From Eledone cirrhosa (taxonomy: Eukaryota): a DNA stretch of 64,000 nucleotides. Below, piece by piece: positions 1-12,078 of this stretch. The notes below the pieces were generated by a model, which ran no database searches, had not been told where the DNA came from, and was given only the letters and a program-made list of their open reading frames with translations. The position numbers were made by a program, and so were the translations under genes. The stretch covers positions 398,226,001 to 398,290,000 of the forward strand of contig OZ024740.1 in NCBI GenBank assembly GCA_964016885.1, given 5' to 3'. Every line of letters starts with the position of its first letter. Within the stretch, counting starts at the first letter, position 1.

Positions 1-741
1 TTCCAGTAACCGGGTCCCTGTCTATGAGTTCTATCAAGGTTGACCACTCCGGTCACCAACTTGTGATCCGAATAGTCAACCATGAACATTCGTGGACAGC
101 TTAATATGTCCCTATCCTTATTTCTAACTAGGAACCTATCTAGGTACGACCTAGATGTTCCACTGCGATTACTCCACGTCCACCGTGGCACAGTCGGAAA
201 ATCTAGTCGATATCTATCGGCCAGATCAAATCGGCCGATTAATCGTTTGAGGCTGTTACACCCCCCTCTATCGGGACATGCCCCTACATAGTCACAACGT
301 GCATCCAGGATACCATTCCAGTCCCCCACTAAAAGCAAGGAGCGAGACGTTCCCAGGAAATTCTCCAGGCGTCGGAAGAACTCCGGTCGCGGTGTCCCAG
401 ATGGGGCATACGCTGCCACCAGCCTGAAAGCTCCACCTTCACCACTGCCGACGTCTAAAACCACCAGTCGACCCTCCGGGTTCAGGTGTACCTTCTGTGT
501 GGCAAGACCCAGGTATTTTCGCAGCAGAACGACAACCCCACCCCCACCCCTCGGCTGACAGAGAGATGCGTAGATCTCAAAGTCGTCGAAGATGGGGGCC
601 AGTTGGCGCTCGCTGCTGATCCTGGACTCGCAAATAACCATTATATCCACTCTGTGCGACCTGAGGTCATTTAAGAGTTTGCCCTGTTTCCAGGCCATCC
701 CGAAGCCGTGCATTCACACATCCAACTCTTATATTGGCCAT
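1..741 (-). pseudogene. LINE ORF2 N-terminus (APE endonuclease), with an early frameshift, truncated by the window edge
   Basis: ATG at 741 reads MANIRVGCVNAR, then shifts frame relative to the paralog (WKQ.KLLNDLRS). GDWN, YLDRFL and SDHKLV motifs lie downstream. Confidence 0.8.
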
Positions 742-783
742 GCTGGTGCTGAAGAGTTAAAAAGGAAGAGGAAAGGAAATTAC

Positions 784-2570
784 TTACCTCTTCGTCTCCT
801 GGAGACCAGGCTGCACAATTTCCATGGTGGTGTTGGAAGGGTTGTTTGGTGGGGTGGTGGTTTGTGGTGGGGTGAGGACATCAGTGTGTGGTGGGATTAG
901 GGTGTTTGGTGGGGTGTGGGTGTCTGGTGTGGGGGTGGGGAAACATCTCAATAGGACGCTGTTATGTGGTTTGGTGCAGTTGGTCTCCACATGCATTGGA
1001 TGGTTCTTTTTCAAAGTTACATAGGTTTCCGTTGGGACCCTAATCATCATTAGGTGCGGTTTGTCCGCTGCGTAGGTGAAAGTGAACCCTTCGGTTTCCA
1101 CCGAAGGGTTATTTTCTATCGCTTTCATCAACGTTTTATTGTTCTTGTTAATGTATGTATAGAGTTTTTGTTGTGTTGTGTTTGTTTTTGTTTGTTGTTC
1201 TTGCGGGTGTTTGCGTTTTGTAGTACGTGTTATGTTTTGGGGAGGGGTGGGTTTTTTTATTTGTTCTGTTTGTTCTGTTTGTGCTGGTGGTTGTGTGTTT
1301 GTGGCATTTTTGTTAATGTGGTGCCTTTTTTTCCCCTTTTCACCTGTTGAAAGGGTTCTCCCTCGTCGTCACTGGATGACGTTGATACGGAGTCCTCTTC
1401 CGTGTTGTTGGGGAGGGGTATATTTTGGGGTTTTGTTGTGGTTGCTTTTGTATTTGTTTTAGGTGGGGAGGGGTTGGGTGGAACAGTGTTTCGTGTTGTT
1501 ATTTTTCCGTGTTGTTGTTGTGGTGGTGGTGGTGGTGGTGGTTGTGTTGTTGTGTTCGGGGTTGGCAGAAGAGCCTTTTTTTTTTGACTCGTTAATTGAG
1601 GACAGGCAGCCCTCAGGTGACCCCTGCTTAAGCAGTGGTAACATGACGGCCGCCTTCCCTCCACTGAAATGTTTATATAAGTTAGCCCGTCCAGAGGCAC
1701 GCGTTGTGGGATATTCGCTATTCGTTCTGGGCTCATTTGCACCAGAACTTCTACTGTGGTCCCACCAAATACACCCCGGAGGACTTTCCTATTGAAATTA
1801 TCTTGTCTTCGTCAAAGTTTATTATTCCACATAGTATCCACCAAATGTTTACATTTGGTGTGATACTCAATATTTTTATTCTTTGTGTCCGTTTTCCCCT
1901 GTATGTGGGGTAAAAGGTGAAGTGGGGGGACACAATGGGTGCTATCGAGTACTTTTGAGCTGTTGACTGGTTGTTCATCAGCACCGAAATGCTACCAAAC
2001 AGTTTACCTTTTTGTATGAAGGTTAAGTCCTTCATTGCGTCTTTTAGAACCAGCTCAATTTCATTTTGTGATAATTGAGCTGGTTTTCTTGTTACGTTCG
2101 ATATTGTCCTTAAAACCACAGTTTTCAGGACAGCCTCTCTACGTAATTCCTGTGGAGAATTAATGCTAAAAGCACCGTTTTCGCTAAAAGTCACGAATTG
2201 TTTTGCGTCTTGTAATAGTTGTTGAGCATTTCTAATGTCTATTGGCGTGTATAGTTCGTTTCTTTTTACGGTCTGTGCAAATGTTGTTTTGGTGTTGTTG
2301 TCTTTCATGTTACTGTCACTGTTGGTAATATTGGTGTTGTTATTGTTGCAGTTGTTGGTTGTGGTGTTGTTGTCATTGTTCTTGTTGTTGGTGCTGGTAT
2401 TATTTGCCGGATTTGGTTTCGCGGTTTCGATATTTTCCACGTTTTTCGATGATGCGAGGGGGGACGGCTGCAAGCTTTGCACTCCTACCTTCCCTCCACC
2501 ACTTTTTTTAGTGGGCGTGCCACTCACGACAGTGTGCGAGGTGGAAATGGCATCCATTGCCACCAAGTCT
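784..2570 (-). pseudogene. LINE ORF1 (gag-like, CCHC zinc knuckle), broken by frameshifts
   Basis: Pieces 1751-2695, 1257-1742 (CYHCLSRGHLRAAC = CX2CX4HX4C) and 784-1131 are in different frames. A frameshift near 1775 restores ...GVFGGTTVEVLVQMSPERI. Confidence 0.8.
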
Positions 2571-2759
2571 ACAGTTTTTAGATGAAAATTGAAAATTTCG
2601 CCCCAGAAAGGGGCGAAAATTTGTTGACTTAACGTCTGACGGCCAAGGCAAGGGGCTAAACCAAACAATGTTATTAAATTGATCAATAAACTCACTGTTT
2701 TTTTTTACAACAATCCGTAAGAATCCGGAGCAAAGTAAATCACGTCTATATCAAGTGGT

Positions 2760-3215
2760 AATTGATATAGAGAGGAAGGTTGGTAGAGTATGTTGTATAT
2801 TGATATAGAGAGGGAGAGAGATTGATGTTTATTTATATAGAGAGTGGTATTGGAAGAGAGTTCCGTGTAATAGATATAGAGAGGGGGGTTGGAAGAGAGT
2901 ATCGTGTAGTAGATATAGAGAGAGGGAGAGTTTGTTAGTGATGGATAGAGTGAGAAGGAATGAGAGAGAGTGCTGTATGGGTGATATAGAGAGGGGGATA
3001 GTTTGGTGGTAATTGATATAGAAAGGGGAATTGGAAGAGAGTACCGTGTATTAGATATAGAGAGGGGGAGAATTAGGTGGTTGAAGATATACAGAGAGGG
3101 ATTGGGAGAGATAAGTGTAGATATTTATAGAGAGTGAGAGAGTGTATTAGTCTTAGATATAGAGAGTGGGATAAGAGAGTCGGTGTCCTGGTAGATATAG
3201 AGAGGGTAGATATAG
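2760..3215. repeat. Degenerate purine-rich minisatellite with a GATATAGAGAG core
   Basis: GATATAGAGAG-like core recurs about every 28-32 bp, with strong G/A strand skew. Confidence 0.7.
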
Positions 3216-4159
3216 ACAGGCGTGGAATAAAAACTGGGAGGTGGGGGGGGGTCTGACAAATTAATAAGCGGGGGGGGGGGTATTCAAGACCTGAGAGTAC
3301 GTGAATTATTGACGGACGTAAGAATGAAAACTCAATACCTTGTTATGGCTAAGTGATGAGCTTTGTTACCCTGAAGTCTCACCTGTGTACTTACAGGATC
3401 GTCAGACGAGCCTGGTGATCCTTGAGTGCGCTGGTGAAATTTTAGAGTAACAAAGCTCACCAATAGCCCTAATAAATGAATGTGTATATATATTGGAGAT
3501 GTATAAATTGGGTATGATATCAGTTTCTTACCAAATACGAAGAAACTCGATATAATAACCTCCAATAATTGTATTTTCTCCCCAAACTACCGAAACACAT
3601 ATATTTAGATATGCGCTACAATTTATGTACACGTTCTATCAATAATAATGAGTTCAAAACTCAGTTCAAAACTTTTATAGTGCTTGCTGAGGAGATCAAA
3701 ATGCGGTATTCTTTCACTTTTTCATTATTCGAAACATATTTGGATTTTAACGTTTAAACCTGTCTACGGAACAGGTTTGATTTTGAAATTTAAATTTGTC
3801 CAAGCACTACGGCCATTGCCAATATGATTTGTTTTTATTGATTTATTATCTTAAATCGAGACAGGCAAAATGTATTATTATTATTAGTATATTTCAATCT
3901 AGCTAACCTGGTCATTTACAATACAAACATGAATATGTTGGTATTTGTGTTTATCAAATATATTAATTTATATTAACTTGTATTACACGGCTCAGAAATA
4001 CTTCTTTCTTTGAGCTATTTCATTGTAAAAGACTGCCTGAGTTTTGAACTCATCATTATTGATAGTATATATATATACATAAACCTATACACACGTGCAC
4101 GAGTATTTATATATAAGCACATAGGAGAACATATTTGTAAACACTTACACATGCACATG

Positions 4160-4383
4160 TATTTATGTAATATGTATGTATGTATGATTGTATGTATGTA
4201 CGTACGTATGTATGTACGTAATGTATGTATGTACGTATGTATGTATGTACGTATGTATGTATATATGTACGTATGTATGTATGTATCTATGTACGTATGT
4301 ATGTACGTATGCACGTATGTATGAATGTATTTATGTATGTATATATGTAAGTATGATTATATGTACGTACGTGTGTATGTATG

Positions 4384-4430
<47 letters not shown>
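4160..4430. repeat. (TATG)n microsatellite
   Basis: Directly visible. Confidence 0.95.
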
Positions 4431-4431
4431 G

Positions 4432-4705
4432 GTGAAGGCGCATGGCTTAGTGGTTAGAGCATTGGGCTTGCAATCGAAAAGTTGTGAGTTCAATTCTCGG
4501 ACCGGGTGATGTGTTGTGTTCCTTGAGCAAGACACTTTATTTCACGTTGCTCCAGTTTACTCAGCTGTAGAAATGAGATGAAGAGGTACCGGCCTGCCCG
4601 CCCAGCCAGTGGGATGGCGTTATCTTATGGCTAAAACAGCATGACGTACTGTGACCTGCGGCGCCGAATGGACGCCCGACAGACTGGTCGGTCAAGGTGA
4701 TGTAT
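4432..4705 (+). mobile_element. tRNA-derived CORE-type SINE (family A)
   Basis: A box TGGCTTAGTGG, B box GAGTTCAATTC and CORE-like TGTGTTCCTTGAGCAAGACACTTTA. Homologous heads at 5059, 8796, 14001 and 28370 (-). Confidence 0.85.
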
Positions 4706-4862
4706 GTAAGGTGGCGAATTAGCAGAGTTGTTAGAACGTGGGACAATGCTTTATGGTATTCGTTCCGACTCTCGGCTCTCGGAGTTCAAATCTCGCCGAG
4801 GTCAACTTTGCCTTTCATCCTTTCGGGATCGATAAAAAAGTACTAGTCTAGTACTGGGATCG
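4706..4862 (+). mobile_element. tRNA-derived SINE (family B, Meta-domain-like)
   Basis: GAGTTCAAATC B box followed by AACTTTGCCTTTCATCCTTTCGGGATCGATAAA, shared with eight other copies in the window. Confidence 0.8.
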
Positions 4863-5058
4863 ATTCTTTCTCTATATCTCTTTCTCACTTCCTCTCTCTC
4901 ACTTTCTATCTTTCTCTGGAAGAAATCTGCTGTACTTAGACCTGGAGAGAGAAGGGCTCCGCCATGTTTAATATGCCCAAGAAGTATGTCAATACGGCGC
5001 CCCTACGACTCCATCAGGAGTTACGGTACCATACTATACCATGTATGTATGTATGTAT

Positions 5059-5388
5059 GTGAAGGCGCGTGGCTTTGTGGTTAGGGTATTCGGCATACAA
5101 TCGTAAGGTTGTGAGTACGATTCCCGGTGGTGCGGTGTATACTTGAGCAAGACATTTTATTTCAAGTTGCTCCAGTCCACTCAACTGGCAAAACTGAGTT
5201 GTACTTGTAGTTCAAATGGCCAGCCTTGTCACATTCTGTGTCACGCTGAATCTCTCTAACAACTTCATTAAGGGTACGCACGTCTGTGGAATGCTCAGCC
5301 ACGTGCAAGTTAATTTCATGAGCAGGCTGTTCCGTTGATCGGATCAACTGGAACACTCATCGTCGTAACCGACGGAGTGCGACAGTCA
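5059..5388 (+). mobile_element. CORE-type SINE family A, full length
   Basis: tRNA head, CORE and tail are nearly colinear with 14001-14327. Flanked by (TATG)n. Confidence 0.9.
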
Positions 5389-5495
5389 TGTATGTATGTA
5401 GGTATGTTTGTATGTATGATGTCATATATTTTAGAAAGACAGAGAGCTGTTCATTAAAGCTTGTACAGATAGCTATGTTTATATTAATGGTGCAT

Positions 5496-5563
<68 letters not shown>

Positions 5564-5643
5564 GAGGGACGGGAGGGTGAAGATAAAGAAAGTGAGGGAG
5601 GGGCGGGAGAATGAGAGAGTAAAAAAGAATTATTTCCTTTCTT

Positions 5644-5736
<93 letters not shown>

Positions 5737-5795
5737 ATGTGTGTGTGTATATATATACACACATATACACGCACACATAAACACACACACACATG
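5496..5795. repeat. Compound (TA)n/(GA)n/(TG)n/(CA)n microsatellites
   Basis: Directly visible. Confidence 0.9.
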
Positions 5796-6190
5796 TGTAC
5801 ATGTAATTATATTCCAATGTCAATTCATGCAAAATGTCCCGTATCCGACGTTTTGTATATAAACTTCTCTGTGAATTATTATTCTTTAAAGAATTGTATA
5901 ATCATTTAACTTAATATCTCACTTACACTTGCTATTTTGTTTATGTAAAAAAAACATTGCCGAAACTGCCTTCTTCCGGTCCTTTTTTTTTTCAGTCTCA
6001 GTAAAGCTATGTCACTTAATTTATTCGTTCTTTAACTACAATTCATGGAGTTTACTTTTAGAATGTATTATCTAACTAAAAGCAAAAATGAAGTCAAATG
6101 TAATGATTTCATGATTAGAAAGTTGTTTGAGGGAAATGTTGATAGACGAAAAGTGTTCGGGAACCCGCCATGCGTATGTTTGTCTCTCTC

Positions 6191-6229
<39 letters not shown>

Positions 6230-6233
6230 ACAT

Positions 6234-6352
6234 TTAATATAGAAATGGTTTCTACAAGACTAGAACTGTTTCATTCGGGAGAAATCATTATACTCTGCTA
6301 TGTATTGAGTACCTTACTTACTGTGGTTACCCCCGATTGAACCCGGGATAAA
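6234..6352 (-). mobile_element. Degenerate copy of the hammerhead-bearing repeat at 9892-10040
   Basis: Shares TCTACA.GACTAGAACTGTTTCATT and ATGTATTGAGTACCTTACTTACTGTGGTTACC. The catalytic core has decayed. Confidence 0.75.
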
Positions 6353-6527
6353 CATATAGTTTCGATGTTATTACATTTCATCAGCAATATATACCTATCT
6401 TCTGGCTTCTCCGGAGAATTGTAAAAGCACATATCGTTATATGCTTTTTCTATGAAAATCAGTAGTGGGCAGACTAATTTGCATAGAACGTGAGTCATTG
6501 TACGCGCCGGTTCAGCGGAAACGATAA

Positions 6528-6894
6528 AAACAAATAACGAAACGAAATTAAATTTCGTTTCGCTTCTAACTCACTTTTGTATGACTGACGCTTAAACTAG
6601 TCCAATATTCCTGTCTGGCTCTCTGGAGAATAGAGGAAGTGTGTTTCCTTGAAAACCCGTATGACTTTAAAACCCGGTTCGTCTGTGTGTTTACATACAG
6701 ACTAGCTGGACACTCACTGCAAAGTGTCTAGTGAAAAGCTCAGTACATGTACATATGTATACATATGTGTATTTATATGCATACTAATACTTCCGTATAC
6801 ATATGTAGATGTACACTTTAACTTAATTGTTTAAGCGTCAGTCATACAAAAGTGAGTTAGAAGCGAAACGAAATTTAATTTCGTTTCGTTATTT

Positions 6895-6898
<4 letters not shown>
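6528..6898. repeat. Inverted repeat with ~70-bp arms (6528-6597 / 6829-6898)
   Basis: AAACAAATAACGAAACG...GACGCTTAAAC and its reverse complement. Confidence 0.9.
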
Positions 6899-7113
<215 letters not shown>

Positions 7114-7278
7114 TATGTTGAGAAGGTAACACACCAGAGAGAGATATATAGTGCGTTATCAATAATACAGGGAAAAAACTACCAGTGTATGGAATCTACA
7201 ACCTATGAAAGGCAGACTATAGACACGATAATTAAAAATATAAATTAAAGCGTAAATAAATACCTTTATAACTATATA

Positions 7279-7358
7279 ACACACGTACAAATCCAAAGAT
7301 ATGTTTCACAAAAAAATTGTTGAAAGAAATGGTCTAGTCTCGGTTCATCAGCGTGTGT
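7279..7358 (-). ncRNA. Type I hammerhead ribozyme, mirror copy in the left arm
   Basis: Reverse complement of 7739-7818. Confidence 0.75.
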
Positions 7359-7738
7359 AAGGCCATACATTTCAGACAACACTAAGAGAATTTTACAATT
7401 GACTGTCCAGCTACACGTGGGAGAGAGAAGTCACAGCGTGTTTAAGGGCAGTGAACCAGTGGCCTCTGAGAGACGAACTGTTAGAAAGGGCAGCCCAAAG
7501 CCACTCAGAGAAGTGTGCTCAACCAAACAGAGATAGCAAAGACTGTTGTTAGGAGCGAATTATCACGATAAATTAACGGAGGCATTCTCTGAGTGGCTTT
7601 GGGCTGCCCTTTTTAGCAGTTCGTCTCTCAGAGGCCACTGGTTCACTGCCCTTAAACACGCTGTGACTTCTCTCTCCCACGTGTAGCTGGACAGTCAATT
7701 GTAAAATTCTCTTAGTGTTGTCTGAAATGTATGGCCTT

Positions 7739-7818
7739 ACACACGCTGATGAACCGAGACTAGACCATTTCTTTCAACAATTTTTTTGTGAAACATATCT
7801 TTGGATTTGTACGTGTGT
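7739..7818 (+). ncRNA. Type I hammerhead ribozyme (candidate)
   Basis: Stem I ACACACG/CGTGTGT; core CTGATGA at 7746-7752; GAAA at 7790-7793; stem III ACATATC/GATTTGT; cleavage triplet GTA at 7809-7811. Stem II is weak (AC/GT) with a long loop. Confidence 0.75.
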
Positions 7819-7994
7819 TATATAGTTATAAAGGTATTTATTTACGCTTTAATTTATATTTTTAATTATCGTGTCTATAGTCTGCCTTTCATAGGTTGTA
7901 GATTCCATACACTGGTGGTTTTTTCCCTGTATTATTGATAACGCACTATATATCTCTCTCTGGTGTGTTACCTTCTCAACATTTATATATACAT

Positions 7995-8299
7995 ATATAA
8001 AGAAAAAGGGATGAAATCGAGAATGCAACTGAAGTCTTATTTTTTTTTAAAATATATATATTTATTTGGTTCCTTTACCGGTTTCGCAGTTCTTCTGCTT
8101 TTCAAAAGGTGAGTTGAGATGGAGGGTCTGTGGTTTTTCTCACATCTGGATGTGAGAAAAACCACAGACCCTCCATCTCAACTCACCTTTTGAAAAGCAG
8201 AAGAACTGCGAAACCGGTAAAGGAACCAAATAAATATATATATTTTTAAAAAAAATAAGACTTCAGTTGCATTCTCGATTTCATCCCTTTTTCTTTATA
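7995..8299. repeat. Near-perfect palindrome with ~150-bp arms and a 2-nt centre (8147-8148), containing a degenerate minimal hammerhead
   Basis: Centre reads CACATC-TG-GATGTG. 8186-8223 reads CCTT-TTGAAAA-GCAG(aagaa)CTGC-GAAACCGGTA-AAGG. Confidence 0.85.
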
Positions 8300-8368
8300 C
8301 TTCCACTCGTGTAGGACACCTCGGTTATTTTTCATTTTGTAAAAAAAACCTCACTTTCTAAAATATAC

Positions 8369-8414
<46 letters not shown>

Positions 8415-8434
8415 ATATACATATACATATATAT

Positions 8435-8484
<50 letters not shown>

Positions 8485-8590
8485 CGAAGGAAGTGTGGTA
8501 AGGAACCATATGGATCAAAACGCACCAGAGTACTAGTCCAGAAATAGCCGTCGAAACGGCTTGAGCTCTGCCGTCGGGATCAAACTTTTT

Positions 8591-8744
<154 letters not shown>

Positions 8745-8758
8745 GGTATGTATGTATG

Positions 8759-8795
<37 letters not shown>

Positions 8796-8796
<1 letters not shown>

Positions 8797-8917
8797 TGAA
8801 GGCGTGTGGCTGAGTGGTTAGAGAATTGGATTCGCAATCGTAAGGTTGTGAGTTCGATTCCTGGACCAGACGATGCGTTATGTCCTTGGGCAAGACACTT
8901 TATTTCACATTGCTCCT
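8796..8917 (+). mobile_element. CORE-type SINE family A, 3'-truncated
   Basis: TGGCTGAGTGG, GAGTTCGATTCC and CCTTGGGCAAGACACTTTA. Confidence 0.85.
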
Positions 8918-9192
8918 TCTACCTGGAGTTGCGACCGATAGATAGTATTAGCAATTGGAAAGACAAACGGAAACATTGTTCCCTCGGTCCAATTTGACGA
9001 AAGTCGATCGTGCCTTTAAAAATATATATATATATAAATATAAAAGCTCGTAGAGCAAATATTTATTATAAGTACAGATTAAAGTTGAAGCCATGAATTG
9101 CTGGTTTCACCCTTTTACGAGATCTTCTGAAAAGGGTGAAAGCAGTGATTCTTTGCTTAAATTTAATATGTACTTATAATATATGTATATAT

Positions 9193-9243
<51 letters not shown>

Positions 9244-9386
9244 CATATAAACAGAAAGAACGGAGTGGAGAGAGAGGAGACGGAAATGGGGAGGGTAGGA
9301 GCGGGGGAAGTGAAAGATTTGAGTGGATAATTTGATTTCAAATTACCAAAAAATACTATTTATATCATTTGACAAGTTCAAATGTT

Positions 9387-9439
<53 letters not shown>

Positions 9440-9463
9440 GTATATGTATATATATACATATAT

Positions 9464-9550
<87 letters not shown>

Positions 9551-9557
9551 TATACAC

Positions 9558-9588
<31 letters not shown>

Positions 9589-9767
9589 CATATATATATA
9601 TATGGAGCGGGTGGTGTGAATAGTGAATAATCACTAATTATTGCTTTTCATGCACTTTATGCCCTCACTTAATGTTTGTTTTATTCCATCATCGTTTTTC
9701 TTAAATTCATATTATTTATATATTTATTTAAATACAAGGGCTATAGAACTTATAGACGTTATTTTTA

Positions 9768-9851
<84 letters not shown>

Positions 9852-9891
9852 CATATATATGTATATATATATACATATATATATATATAGT

Positions 9892-10040
9892 TTTAATATA
9901 GATGAGATTCTACAGGACTAGAACTGTTTCATTCTTTAGAAATCATCAGGAATCTCAGTTCTAGTCCTGTAGAATCTCATCTATATTAAAACTTTTATTC
10001 TCTGCAATGTATTGAGTACCTTACTTACTGTGGTTACCTC
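9892..10040 (-). mobile_element. Short foldback repeat (arms 9891-9926 / 9956-9991) carrying a hammerhead
   Basis: Inverted arms TTTTAATATAGATGAGATTCTACAGGACTAGAACTG. Paralog at 6234. Confidence 0.75.
9904..9956 (-). ncRNA. Type I hammerhead ribozyme (candidate)
   Basis: Minus strand reads GAGATTC-CTGATGA-tTTCTaaAGAAt-GAAACAG-ttctagtc-CTGTA-GAATCTC: 7-bp stem I, 4-bp stem III and a GUA triplet. The pair closing stem II is a U-U mismatch. Confidence 0.7.
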
Positions 10041-10059
10041 CGATTCAACCCGGAATAAC

Positions 10060-10121
<62 letters not shown>

Positions 10122-10125
<4 letters not shown>

Positions 10126-10631
10126 GAAAAAGTTTGTCCTCATCAGTGGCCTTCCAACCGTCGTAGGCATTTCGTCGCATTAAAGGCCATATACCTCAGG
10201 TTGGTGCGAGCAACGACTAAAAAAAGTCGTTGGGACACGTAAATAAAGGGGACGCGAGGGTAAACAAACAAAATGGTTTAAGCAACAGAAAGTGATGAAG
10301 AAGAAAGAAACAAGTCCCAGATTTCTATGAAATTAGACCTGTGCGAAATTCCTTCCTTGCTCACATTTCAACCAGGTTTGATGGTCTTTATTCTCTCGTT
10401 CACGATTCCACCGAATTTCTATTCATAGAAATCTGGGACTTGTTTCTTTCTTCTTCATCACTTTCTGTTGCTTAAACCATTTTGCTTGTTTACCCTAGCG
10501 TCCCCTTTATTTACGTGTCCCAACGACTTTTTTTAGCCGTTGCTCGCACCAACCTGAGGTATATGGCCTTTAATGCGACGAAATGCCTACGACGGTTGGA
10601 AGGCCACTGATGAGGACAAACTTTTTCATAT
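10122..10631. mobile_element. Foldback element with ~210-bp arms (10122-10331 / 10422-10631) inside (TA)n
   Basis: Reverse-complement arms with few mismatches. Each arm carries CTGATGA near its outer end. Confidence 0.85.
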
Positions 10632-10664
10632 GTAACCCATTTGCAGCGCCGCAGCTCCATTATT

Positions 10665-10667
<3 letters not shown>

Positions 10668-10761
<94 letters not shown>

Positions 10762-10778
10762 ATATATGTATATATATG

Positions 10779-10833
<55 letters not shown>

Positions 10834-10840
10834 ATATATG

Positions 10841-10885
<45 letters not shown>

Positions 10886-10895
10886 CTAATATATG

Positions 10896-10976
<81 letters not shown>

Positions 10977-11050
10977 GTATGTATATTTACCAATATATGT
11001 ATATATATGTATGTATATATATATATATATATATACATACATATATATAT
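10668..11050. repeat. (TA)n microsatellite tract
   Basis: Directly visible. Confidence 0.95.
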
Positions 11051-11139
11051 GTGTGTGTGTCTGTGTTTCAATGTGTGCCTGTGTTTATATATGCCTATTA
11101 ATATAGTTAAGTGCATATTCATGCACTTGTGTATATCAA

Positions 11140-11396
11140 TACATGTATATATGTGTGTATATATAAATACTATGTGTGTATATATGTGTGTATATATAAA
11201 TACTATGTGTGTATATATGTGTATATATAAATACTATGTGTGTATATATGTGTATATATAAATACTATGTGTGTATATATGTGTGTGTATATAAATACTA
11301 TATGTATATATATAAATACTATATGTGTATATATAAATACTATGTGTGTATATATGTGTGTGTGTATATAAATACTATGTGTGTATATATAAATAC

Positions 11397-11410
<14 letters not shown>
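11140..11410. repeat. Minisatellite, ATAAATACTATGTGTGTATAT-type units of ~20-30 bp
   Basis: ATAAATACTAT core is repeated about 10 times. Confidence 0.85.
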
Positions 11411-11445
<35 letters not shown>

Positions 11446-11529
11446 TAACATATATAGCCTCGGTTTCATATCTGGCATTCCCTTTTACTTTGCTCTACCT
11501 CTCTGTCTTTACTCCTGCCTCTTTCTATT

Positions 11530-12078
11530 AGTACACACATACATATATAGACATAGACACACATATACATAGACATGCACATACACACACACACATACAC
11601 ACATATATAGACACACATATAGACACATATAGACACACATATACATAGACATGCACATACACACACACATACACACATATTTAGACACACATATAGACAC
11701 ATATTGACACACATATACATAGACATACACATACACACACACACATACATACATATATAGACACACATATAGACACATATAGACACACATATACATAGAC
11801 ATGCGCATACACACACACACATACACACATATATAGACACACATATAGACACATATAGACACACATATACATAGACATGCACATACACACACACATATAG
11901 ACACACATATAGACACATATTGACACACATATACATAGACATGCACATACACACATACACACATATATAGACACACATATAGACACATATCGACACACAT
12001 ATACATAGACATGCACATACACACACACATATAGACACACATACATACATAGACATACACACACACACACACACATTT
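11530..12078. repeat. CA-derived compound minisatellite (ACACATATAGAC / ATAGACATGC units)
   Basis: Directly visible. Explains ORFs 11466-12416. Confidence 0.85.

Larger units (their letters stand above)
1..2755 (-). mobile_element. Tx1/L1-clade LINE copy 1: 5' end, frameshifted ORF1 and start of ORF2 (continues off the window)
   Basis: Bases 1-960 are colinear and highly similar to 23978-24920 of the second LINE. Contains an ORF1 zinc knuckle and an APE-domain start. The 5' boundary is approximate. Confidence 0.9.
7116..7982. mobile_element. Foldback element with ~397-bp arms (7116-7512 / 7585-7982), resembling a Penelope-like inverted pseudo-LTR
   Basis: Near-perfect reverse-complement arms with a ~72-bp spacer. 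Each arm holds a hammerhead motif. Flanked by (TA)n. Confidence 0.85.

Noticed and set aside
4432-4505. tRNA genes at SINE heads (also 5059, 8796, 14001, 28440, 32303)
   Set aside because: Cloverleafs are imperfect and, except at 32303, followed by a SINE body, so they are SINE heads rather than tRNA genes.
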